A DNA stretch of 64,000 nucleotides, taken from assembly GCA_965112735.1 (NCBI GenBank), contig OZ218961.1, positions 2,108,001 through 2,172,000 of the forward strand. The letters are read 5' to 3'. The first letter of the stretch is position 1. Every line of letters starts with the position of its first letter. The DNA comes from Phaeosaccion multiseriatum. Its lineage: Eukaryota; Protista; Ochrophyta, other classes. A model generated the notes under the pieces. It ran no database searches, had not been told where the DNA came from, and saw nothing but the letters and a program-made list of their open reading frames with translations. Shown one piece after another: positions 47,601-61,106 of the stretch. The translations under genes were made by a program, and so were the position numbers.

Positions 47601-50600
47601 GGCTTGACGCTATGTATACAAACCCCCTACCCGATTTGTCTGAATCGGCAACACCGCTGGTGTCTTACACCCCCCCTCTCTCTCGCTATTTCACTTGTAT
47701 TTATTCAGACCCTCTCTCTCTGTCTTCCGACTTCTCTCTATCTCTCATGTATTGTTGGCTCAGAGGAGGCGAAGGCTGGGCGGTTGGAGGAGCAACTTGT
47801 GAAGGTTGAGGAGCGCATCGAGGAGCTTCAGGACGAACTAGAGCTCACGCTGCTGGATGGAGGAGAGCTGCAGCGGGAGGAGGAGGAGGAGGGGGAGGAG
47901 GAGGGGTGGGAGGAGGAGGAGGAGGAGGAGGAAGGAGGGATGGAAAGAGGAGAGGGCGGAGGGGAGGGGGGAGGGGAGGGAGGGAAGGCGAGAGGGGTGG
48001 AAGGAGGGGTGGAGGGGAGCAGTGCAGAGGGAAGAAGGCAACAGAAGAGGCAGCAGAAGAGGCAGGGGGGCACGGGGGGGCTTCAGGAGACAAAGATGTC
48101 GGCAACAGATCAGGTGCGAGAGGAGGAGGCCCAACTGAAGGGGACGCAGGAAGCCCTGGCCATGGCGGAGAAAGCTGGACGGATGGCGGAGGAGGCGGTT
48201 TCGAAGGCAGATGGGCTGCTGCGGGAGGCAGTGACAAGCCACAGGGAGGCCTCTGAGAGAGTGCGTGAGGCAGGGAGGGCGCTGGGGAAAGGGAAGAGGA
48301 AAGGGAAGGGGAAAGGGAAGGAGAGGGGTAGAGGGGAGGGAGGGGGGGAGGGGAAGAAGACGGGGAGGATAGTCCGCAAGCGGAAGAAGGAGGAGGACGG
48401 GGAGGAGGAGGAGGAGGAGGAGGCAGCGCGAACGAGCAGCGCGATGGCGGAGGGGACCGAAGAAGACGAGCAAGCACGGGAACAGGAGGAGAAGGAAGAA
48501 GAAGAGGAGGAGAAGGAAGACGCGGAGGAGGATGGACTTCCCTCCGCCGCCGTGCTCCTCGCAGAAAAGGAGCGCCGCCAGGCCTCGCTTGAGATGCTCA
48601 AGAGGTGTGTGTGGGTGCGTGCGTGCGTGAGTGAGTGAGTGAGTGTGCGTGTGGATGCGTGTGTGGCCCTCTTGCCGCCATGGAGCGGTGAGAGAGGAGG
48701 TCCCCCACCTCGGCGTACGCCCCGTCCAGGCTTCTCTTTGACATCCCTTCTCCTTCTCTCTCTCTCTATCCTTGTCTCCCTCCCTCTCTCCCTCTTTCCC
48801 TTCCTCCCTCCCTCTCTCCCGCCCGCCCTCCCTTCCCTTCCCATCCTCCCACAGAGAGGCACGCTCTCTCTCGCTCAAGGTGGTTGCAGCGACTACAGCT
48901 GGCGACGGTGGACCATCACTCATCGGCCGAGGAGCACATGCCTCTCAACAAGGCGTGGGCGCGCGTGTGAACGGGGGCTCGGGTGTGGGTGTGGGTGTGG
49001 GCGGGGGTGTGGGTGTGGTGCGAGAGCTGCAAGTCGACGAGCACTCTCTACGGCTCAAGCTCGCTCGGGTGCAGGAGATGAAGGATAGACTGCTGCTGGT
49101 GCAGGTGTGTGTGTATGTGCGTGTGTGGGCGTGGGTATGTGTGCGTGTGTGGATGGGTGTGGATGTGTGGATGGGTGTGGGTGTGTGGGTGGAATGGTTT
49201 GGTCGAGAGCGCACCTCTATTGCTCCTCCTTCTCTGTGCATCTTCCCTCTCTCCCCATTCCCTATACCCTTCACCCTACACCCCATACCCCATTACACCT
49301 CATCCCCCATACCACATACCCCACCCTACCCCATACCACATACCCATACCCTATGCCCCATACCCTATACCCCATACCCAATACCCCATACCCCATACCC
49401 CATACCCCATACCCCATACCCCATACCCCATACCCCACTCTACCCCATACCACATACCCCTACCACATACCACATACCCATACCCCACACCCCATACCCC
49501 ATACCCCATGCCGTGCGCAGTCCGGTATCAAGGTGCTTGAGGAGGGGGTGTCTACGACAAAGAAGAAGATGGAGAGAGCAACAATGCACGCCTTCACGTA
49601 AGTCAATAAGTTCGTCAATGTTGTCCGGTCTTTGTCAGTCAATGCACGTCATCTTGTAAGTGATGTGAGGGCTCCTCAATACCTGGTGTCAGAAGAGAGG
49701 GATAGAGAGAGAGAGAGAGAAAGGAAGAGAGATAGATAGACTAGGAGGGGAGAAGAGGAGAGAACTCTGAATGCTACTCTCTCTCGGCCCACTCGTCGGC
49801 TTGTTTTGCTACCCTAGCTGCCTACGCTCTCCCTCTCTTGTCTCTCTTCCTTTGTTTCTCTACGTATCTCTCTCTCTCTCTGGCAAAGCAAGTCTGATCT
49901 CTCTCTTGCTTCCTCCGGCCTCCCCCCTCGCTTGCCCAGGCGCATCCGCAGGCACTTTGCCGAGGGTTTCTCCTCCGTCATGCCGGACAAGTCCGCCGCC
50001 CTCGTCATGCTAGGCGACAAGGTCCGTCACCCCCCCTTTGTCCATCCATTGCCATCTCTCCGTCACCCCCGCACAACAACCCTGTATCGATATGCCTTGT
50101 CTGTCTGCGTAATGAAAACTCGTAAACTGAAACTCGGACGGAGACTGTGAGGCTGAAACCGTGCTTGCCTCTTTGCCCCTCCTGCCACCCACCCACAGCT
50201 TGAGAACGGCCTCGAGATTCGCATAAGTCACCAAAGGAAGGACGCTTGCCCCGACAAGAGCCCTTCCCAGGCAAGACCAGAGCTGCCAGAGCAGAGTAGC
50301 ACAGTGGGCAGTTAAGCAAAGGGGAGGGGTTGGTTGTACGGGGACGGGGTGGTGGGATGGACTGTACAGTGAGTGGGGTAGATGAGAAGGGAAGGGACAA
50401 AGGAACGAAGGAAAGAGGGAGCGAAGGCAGGAAGGAAGGGGGAGGCATGATGGAAGGTGACACAATGTTTTTATATCCCCTCCTTTAGGCTGGAAAGTTG
50501 CCAACAACAGACAACGCCCCCCACGCCCCCCCTGCCCCCTCCTTCCCCCCTCCCTCCCCGCCACTCCCTCTTACGTGGCTGTCCTCGTCATGAATGAAAT

Positions 50601-50633
50601 ATCACCCTCACCCTTCATCAATGAACATGTGCC

Positions 50634-50704
<71 letters not shown>

Positions 50705-51760
50705 CTGTGGTGTGCTGTATCTTCAGCTCTCCGGCGGGCAGCAGGCGCTGCTGGGGCTGTGCTTCGTGCTGTCCCTCTCCACCTTCAACGCTTCTCCGCT
50801 GTACCTGCTCGACGAAGTGGATGCCGCGGTAAGTCAGTAAGACAGTATAGTATGTCAACAAAGTCAAGCGAAGGTGCTGTACGGGGCGGGCGGGCCGCGT
50901 CGCAAGCACGCACGCACGCACGCACGCACCTTTCTGACTGATGTTTGTCCCGTCCTTTGCCGCCCCTATGCTCTCCCTCTCCCCCATCCCCTCTCCTCTC
51001 TCTCCTCTCCCCGCTCCCCTCCCGACCTCTCCCCCACCCCTTCTTCCCTCCCTCCCTTTCGTCCGCCCTCCCTCCCTCCCGCCTTCCCTCCTCTTCCCCC
51101 TCCCCTCCCGCCTCTCCCGCCTCCAATCCCTGTCCTCTCTCCTCCTCCTCCTCCTCCTCCTCCTCCTCCTCCTCCTCCTCCTCCTCCTCCTCCTCCTCCT
51201 CCTCCTCCTCCTCCTCCTCCTCTGGGCAGTTGGACGACGCTCGTCGCGGCGACATGGCCCGTCTACTGAGCAACATGATCGCCCTCAGAGGCTCGCAGGT
51301 ACGGTCATGTACATCACACACCACACATGTACACATACATTGAGGGGCATATGGTTAAGCGTGATAGTTGCGTTTCGTGACTGGTGGTTGACTGGTGGTT
51401 GACTGGTGATCGACTGGTGATGGGTTGGTGTGTTGTTGGTGTGGTGGGGTGGGGCGGTTCTTCGGCACTTCACGCCCGCCCGGAGACAGAGAGAGGCCTT
51501 CAACCGCCGTGTGCTGCCATCCGCCCACCCTCTCTACCTTCCTCGTAACGTCCACTACCATCCACTACCATCCACTACCATCCACTATACCATCCACTAT
51601 ACCATCCACTACCATCCACTACCATCCACTGCCATCCACTGCCATCTTTCCTACGCAGGCACTGTGTGTGAGTCACCACGCGACTTGGCACCGTGAGGCC
51701 GCAGGAAGGAACATTGCCCTGGTCAAGGCGGGAGGGGGGAGCACTTGTCTGCAGAAGTAG
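38289..51760 (+). CDS. SMC-family ATPase (divergent, SMC2-like or non-canonical), many exons
   Basis: N-head: [13 protein letters not shown]|CGKS (Walker A split across the 27-nt micro-exon 38583-38609), AILFGLG, YLLDGK, VVRQG (Q-loop), EAAGT. Coiled coils follow. Hinge-like [18 protein letters not shown]-head: [22 protein letters not shown]|LD, CVSHH; stop TAG 51758-51760. Confidence 0.88.
49261..49510 (+). repeat. Intronic (CCCCATA)n degenerate repeat
   Basis: 7-bp unit is directly visible before an SMC 3' splice site. Confidence 0.85.
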
Positions 51761-52147
51761 GCAGTGAGCAGTGAGGCCAAGCTCAGCGGAAGAGGATGAA
51801 AGCCTTCGCTTCTTTGCTTTGTGTTTGCTTTGCTTCGAGAAGGACGGCCTGCACTGCTGCTGCTGCTGCTGCTGCTGCCACGGAAAACGGCGTATCCCCT
51901 GAAACTACAGGTCTCTAAAATCGAAGCGCATTACTCACTCACCCTCTCACTCAATCCCCCACGAGTCCCACACAAAGTCCTGCCTGTCAACGAGAAGCAC
52001 CATATACTACACTCAGAGAGCTCATCCTCAGAACGCATGTGAGCAAAATCACAGATATCGAGCGGATGCTCAACGCTTGCACTTCCTCAGCTTTACCGCC
52101 TTTACTTTTCTTTCTTCCAAGGTATTTATTGAAGCAAAAAAGCGGTG

Positions 52148-53770
52148 ATGTCCATAGGAGCTACAGGGTACACCTTTAGCTACAGCAAGCTGCTACGATG
52201 TAGCTCAAGCACGAAGAGGCTGCTGCTCTGGCTGCCCTTGACCTTACTGGTGCTTTCGGCGCCAAGGTGCCACTGCCAAGAGAGAGAGGACGCTCTTATC
52301 CCGTTCAACATCGCCGACGATTTATTCTTGCAGGCGCTTCAGTACGTCAAGAGTCAGCCTGACAAAACAGACAAGTAAGTAAGGTGTAAGTGTCCTTTTG
52401 TTTGTCAATCAGTTGTTCTTTTTACGACTCGTTCCCGAACGGGGGAGGTCTCCTAATTTCTGCTGTGCTGCCCTACCCTTGAGCCTAACATGCGTGATCT
52501 CGTTTCCAAGCATCATTGTCCCTCTGCTAATATCTGCTGTGCTACTCTGCCCTCTATCCTTAGGGAGTGGTGTGTTGCAAACGAATGTTGGCAGTGCCAC
52601 CACACAGCGGACATAGCCATCCAGCAAAGATGTGTGGCCTCTGCCATCTTTGTTGGCATGACTCGCGCCGAGGGACTACACGAGCAGAACAGCAAGCACT
52701 GGGGTATCAGCACCACGACCGATGGGTTAGAGTACCAGGCTCTCGTCGAGGCGTGCAAGAGAATCAGAGACAGAGGGGTGGCCGGCGCGACCATTGAGAT
52801 TGGAGTGCGGGAGGGGGGCGGCAGCGAGATTGTTATGAAGGCCATGGCAGGGGCCTACGATGCCGCCCCTCCTAGCACGGATAGCTCCTCCCCCTCCTCC
52901 TCTTCCTCCTCCCCCTCCTCCTCGACACCGCCGCGGGTGCACATTGGAGTCGACCCGTACGGTTCGCTTGACTACGTCGCCTTTGAAGACACGTGGAACG
53001 TCTATGATGAGCGAATGAAGAGGAAGATGCTGCGCAAGCTGCACAGTGTATGTGGTGGAGGGGAAGAAGAAGGAGAACAACAACAACAACAACAACAACA
53101 ACCAACAGGAGGAGGAGGAGGAGGAGGAGGAGGAGGAGGAGGAGGAGGAGGAGGAGGAGGAGGAGGGGAGGGTGGAGGAGGTGGGGACGGTGGAATCTTA
53201 TGCGATTACCACTTCTTTAACCTCGAGGACACCGAGTTCTTCAACCGATTCAGCGACGGTGTGCCCCTCTACTCTGGTGGGGGAAAGATGCTCATGAACA
53301 GCTACGCTCTTGTGTTCTTCGATGCCGCCCACGATGCCGTCTCTGTCCGAAAGGAAATAGACTTCTTCGCCTCTCGAACTCCTGTGGGGGGAAGTTGGGT
53401 GTTCGATGATTGGGATTGGTACGATCACTTTGGAATGGGGGTGGAAGCTCGACACGTGCTACCGTACGGCTCGATTGGGCAGGGAGGAGGAGGGGGAAGA
53501 GGAGGAGGAGGAGGAGGAGGGGGAAGAGGAGGAGGAGGAGGAGGAGGAGGAGGAGGAGGAGGAGGAGGAGGAGGAGGAGGAGGAGGAGGAGGAGGAGGAG
53601 GAGGAGGAGGAGAAGGTGAAGGGGGGGGAGAGAGCTGGGCTGCTTTGGGGGTTGAGCCTGGGAGCATTCACGCCGCTATCGAGGCGCTGGGATTTAGGCT
53701 GGTGTATCGCGGGATGGTGAAACTTGTGTACGATAGGGAGGGAGACCATTCTCTCCTGAGCTCCTCCTGA
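52148..53770 (+). CDS. Class I SAM-dependent methyltransferase (Methyltransf_24/TylF-like) with N-terminal signal peptide; exons 52148-52374 and 52564-53770
   Basis: Hydrophobic leader LLLWLPLTLLVLSAPRCHC. Motif I IEIGVREGGGS, then HIGVDPYG, LVFFDAAHDAVSVRKEIDFF, GGSWVFDD. The AA|GTAAGT...TTAG|G intron joins in frame. Confidence 0.85.
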
Positions 53771-54196
53771 CACCCCACGACTCCCACCCTTCCTACTATA
53801 CCTCACGTATCCGTCATACGTAACTCTTAGGTTGATTCCTTAATCTCATTTCCCCATCACACCTCACACCTCACACCTCACACCTCACACCTCACACCTA
53901 CCAGCCGCACTAAGAACAGCACTGCTAATAGTCGCCTCACCAGCGCCAGCATAAGCAGTAGCAGCAGTTGGTGATACAAGCAACAAGAGGCGACCACCGA
54001 CTCATTGTCCCACCAGAGGGTGAGGGTGTGCGTGTGCGTGTTGTAGAGCCATGATAATGATGACTTACGTAAACAAGTATGTAAGAAAGATGAATCGATA
54101 AAGCCGAAGTTGAAGCACACTCTAAATAAAGCCTACTCGACACTGCAGCCAGCAGGGCGATGGCGTCAAGCGCTCTCCGGGGGGCGGCCGGTCCCA

Positions 54197-54390
54197 AGTC
54201 AGTCAGTCAGTCAGTCAGTCAGTCAGTACCTGGTGTCAGTCAGTCAGTCAGTCAAACAGTACCTGGTTTCAGTCAATCAGTCAGTCAGTACCTGGTTTCA
54301 GTCAATCAGTTAGTCAGTCAGTCCCAGGAGTCAGTCAGTCAGTCTGTCCGTCCGTCAGTCAGAACCTGGTGTCCGTCAGTCAAGTCATCA
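54197..54390 (+). repeat. (CAGT)n microsatellite interrupted by ACCTGGT units
   Basis: Directly visible intergenic tract. Confidence 0.85.
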
Positions 54391-54417
54391 GTGCCTTGAA
54401 TCATACTTTAATTATAT

Positions 54418-55870
54418 TCATTTCTTCGGAGGGCGGACCACGACTTCGGCGTCTCCTTGGACAACGGTTTGGCACGCCAGCCTCTGATTCTGTGGCCTGC
54501 CCTTGAGCTTCCCCTCTTCGTACTCGCTACGTAGGAACCACTGCTCGGGTGTGCCCTCTGTCAAGGCCACCGCACAGGTGCCGCATTGTCCTGCTCCGTT
54601 GCAGTTGGTCATCTTGGCCATTCCGTCGTATACGCCAACTTTGTTCTCCTGTGTAGGTAGGTAGGGGGGGGGAGGGAGACGAAGGGAGGGAGGGAGGGAT
54701 GGATGAAGAGGGGGAGAGAGAGAGAGGGAGGGGGGGGGAGGGAGGGATGGAGAGAGAGGGAGGGGGAGAGAGGTGGGGGGGGAGGGAGGAGACAGAGAGA
54801 GGGGGATATCCAAGAACGAGAGGGAGGGAGAGGGGTTAGGAGAGAGCAGGGAGGGGTCTTCGTGCAGGCGAAGGCTGTATATGTGTGCGACGACATCCAA
54901 GTCCGCTGGAGAGGGCAAGAAAGACACCAAACCAGCCAGGACAAGAAAATAGGATACGTAGATAGGTGGGTAAATGGGTAGGAAGGAGGTAGGTAGGTAG
55001 GTACGTAGGTAGGTACGTGGGTAGGTAGCCTTCCCCTTGAGAGGTCATCGCAATACTACTTACCAGCAGTACTTTGCGTAGATTAAGCCCAACCCGGGTT
55101 GAGATGGTCGCCTCCTGCTTTCCGTTGGGAGCCTTTACATCAAGCGTAACTGGCGCTCCCATTGGAAGCTTCGCTGCCGCTGCTGCTGCCTCTTCTGCAG
55201 CTGCTGCTGCCGCTTCTGCTGCTGCTGCGAGTTCTGCTGCTGCTGCTACTGCTGCTGCTGCTGCTGCCTCTTCCTCTTCTTTCTCCTGCTCTTCGCTCTT
55301 CTCAAACACCAGATCTAGTGGTGTTTCTGCAGGGGCGCCTATGAGTAAATCCATCACCTGGAGTGAGGGAGAGAGGGAGAGAGGGAGGGGGAGAGAGGGA
55401 GATACATAGAGAAGGGTAAGATGAGGGGGGGGGGGGATGCGAGAGAGAGAGCGGCAGGGACAGAGGAAGAGAAAAGATGAGGGAGGTGGCAAAAGCCTGA
55501 ACTGTACCTGATCAAACGATCTCTCGGTCACATCTTGCCCCGCGACTTCACGCAGGAGCATGCCCTCCTGTGAGCAAAAGAAATACGTAGGAGAAGGGAG
55601 AGGGGAAGACGCTCAGAAGAAGGAGAAGGAGAATTGCAGGCAGGGGTTGTGTGTGTGGTATGGACTGACCTGTAGGCGACCGTCTTCGAAGGCGCTGCCC
55701 CCCTCATTGATGCTCAACACTTTCACCCCTTCTGCTACCCCTTCCTTCACCTCCTCTAGCCCCACCCCCAACGGCTTGCGCAGCGACAACTTGAGCACGC
55801 TGAGAAAGAAGGCATCGGCCACACATGAACAGCCCAGGAAGGCTCCCAGCAAGGCCAGCAACAGCTGCAT
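54418..55870 (-). CDS. Plastid-targeted PDZ-domain + 2Fe-2S ferredoxin (PnsB3/NDF4-related ferredoxin family), 4 exons
   Basis: Leader MQLLLALLGAFLGCSCVADA|FFL. PDZ: LRKPLGVGLEE...VKVLSINEGGSAFEDGRLQ|EGMLLREVAG. Ferredoxin: GLNLRKVLL|ENKVGVY...NCNGAGQCGTC...RLACQTVV; stop at 54418. Confidence 0.88.
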
Positions 55871-57646
55871 TTTATGACGGAATGATCTGACCCTGACATC
55901 TGACAAAATGACACATGAGGCCATCTGTGAACAACTTCTGTCGATCCAACTGCTAGTTTTTTTTTTTTCTTCCAGCTGCTTTCTTCTTCAAGAAAGAGAA
56001 GAATCTCGACTATTAAGTGCTCATTTGAAGGAGGGCAAACCCCCCCGGATAAGCAGCACGGATGCAATCACCGCCGGAACAGCATGCGGGAGTAGAGACA
56101 GGAGGTGCTCAGGATGGGGATGTGGTTAGATTTAAGGAGGCTCTGGAATCCGAGAAAGGTGTGGAGGTGCAGAAGGTAGCGGCGAGCGGAAAGACGGACA
56201 AAACACGAACACTGCACCTCGTTGACGGATCTACGAAGCTCTGGAGAAGGAATAGCCAGACCAAACGTGGGACCACACAGGACCTGAAAGTGATGCCACT
56301 GCAAGATCTCATCCAGGTGAGGCCCTGCCTGCAGTCCTTGCCGCCCTTCCTCCCTCCCCTGCTCGCACTTACCGCTCTTTCCTACTACAGCGCCTCTTCT
56401 ACTTCGTGTGCCTCCCTCGGTTGCCTCGCTCGCTCTCTGCACATAGCATGTGTACACCACCACCCCCGTCTCAAGTGTCACTGGCTGATGCACTCGCTTT
56501 GTATGTTGCGTGCCTGCCTCTTGACCAACGCTTGACAGGTGTTTCCGAGCAGACGAATCCCGGGGCGAGGTTGCCTGGTGCTTATCTCAGCCTCTGTGTC
56601 CACGAACGAGCGCAGTTTTGACGTGGAAACGTGGAGATTGGAGTTCCCTGCCAAGGGAGAGCACACGGCCACAGCTGCTGAGAAGTACTTCGCTAGCATG
56701 ATATCAACGAATGACAGCGCTCCTCGCTTGATCAAAACGCTGGCAACGCTGGACAGCTCCCCTGTCCTGGTCGGACAGGCTCTCAGCGTTGTGCTTGAGG
56801 TGACCAACGAGTTCGCCCAGGAGGTGCCGGGCATCGGGCCGGCCTTCGACCTTCTGTTTGGGCTTTGGTTGAAGCATGAGCAGCTTCAAGCCGCCAAGCA
56901 AGACCTACTCAAGCTTGTGCAGAAAATGGTCCAGGCCAAGGAGATGACAGATTTTGTGGAGAAAATGAGGCGTTTGCAAGAAGGTGCTGCCGATTCGACC
57001 ATTCGAGGCTCTCTGCAAAAGGCGCTACACGCATTGCAGGAAGAACTGTTTGGTATCTCGGAAGACTTCTTGGTTGGGAGCTGGTGGCGTAAATTCCTGA
57101 ATACCTCCACGCTCCGAGGGAACATTGACAAGCTCGGACGCGAGCTTCAGTCGGCTTTGAGCAACTTCATGGCCTCTCAGGTGTTCGCCGCGGTAATGGA
57201 CACGCAGCAACTCGTCACGGAGAACAATGCCACGTTACTGGAGACGAAGCAAATTGTCACGCAGATGAATGCCGTGTTGCTCCAGCGTGCTCCCCAACGG
57301 CAGGAACGGAAGAAAGCGCCCATTCCGAATCAAGCCCCACGTCTCAGCAACACGCACATCCCGAGGGCCGAAATGGAGGACAAGATAGCGCGAAGACTCA
57401 TTGAGATTGCGGAGATGGAGCAGCCGCTTCCGGACGAGCCGCTCCTCCCCGTGGTGGTGTGCCATGGTGCGGGGGGGATGGGCAAGTCCGAGCTAGCGCG
57501 GGCGGTGATTGAGAGGGACGACGTCCGGAAGCAGTTCAAGAAGAACGGCATTCTGTATCTGCGTGTTGGGAGGCTGCATCAAGAGGGGGCCGAAGAGGGG
57601 GATGAGAAGGGGAAAGCTGACATGCTCCTGTCGCTGATACTCACAG

Positions 57647-60059
<2,413 letters not shown>

Positions 60060-61106
60060 AGGCGGGTGTACTTCTGTTGATGATACAGCCTGCCAGTTGG
60101 TGGTACGTGGTACAGCCAGCGGCACGCACTTGGCAGAGCGAGGGGCTCGGGGCGTTGGATGGAGGAAGGTAGGCAGAGGGGTGGGAGAGAGGGAGGGAGG
60201 GAGGAAGGCCGTGCCACAGGCCAATCGCCGCCATAAGACTGGAGGGCACGTCCCTTGGAACCCTTCGCGTACCGAGCGAGTCCAGCATCGAGCCACCTCC
60301 CGACACCGCGGCGCCGCGGCCTTCAAGTCATTGCTTGGCCCGCTGGTTTGCTGGGGCACTATTGATATTGATGCTTCGTCTCCCCACCCCAAACAAACGA
60401 CGAGCAGCGCTTCCCAGTCCCCCCCCCCAGTGCTCGTAGCTCATACCGAGGGAGTCACTAAGCAAGGGATAGGCTGAGACGCAGAGTAATGTTGTAATGT
60501 GACGGGCACTTCTTTTGTGAGGCAGTCCACTGGAGCGCAGCCATGTGCAAAGGGTCAGGCAGGGCCACACACAGGCCCCCCCCAAGCGGCTTTTGCTACT
60601 TGGGCAAGGCATGCCGAATGCCGATGAGCAGCCGAGCGGCGGTGGAGCATACAGCATGCGTGGCTGCTGTCAGAGAGTCAGAGAACCCCACCACAAGCTG
60701 AAAGCGCCGCGGCGGCCTGTTTCCTATTTCTGGCCGGCCCGAGAGGCCTGCTTCGTGTTGCCAAAGGTAGGTGGACATCTCGAAACAGAGGTTGAACTCT
60801 CGGCGGTTTCGTACGATTGTACCCCCGGAAGTAGTAGGATCTCTGACACGGAAAAAAACGCACACATAGGATAGGAGTAGACGCATGGACAAGGTATTAG
60901 CAACCGCAAAGTAGCAGTCAGCCTTGTCTTCACTACTATTAGCTTTTACCCTCTGCATCGTTTCTCACCGTATCCGCCTGGCTGGGCCTGGTCCGTTCCT
61001 TTCTTTCTTTCTTTCTTTCTTTCTCCCCTTCCCTTCTTCCAAAGGGTGCTGCCAAGGTGCTGCTCAGTTGAAGGAGGGCAGCAGCACGGGCTGATAAGCG
61101 GCACGG

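Noticed and set aside
49261-49510. (CCCCATA)n as an interstitial telomere
   Set aside because: The unit does not match TTAGGG/TTTAGGG, and it sits at an intron 3' end like the other C-rich tracts.
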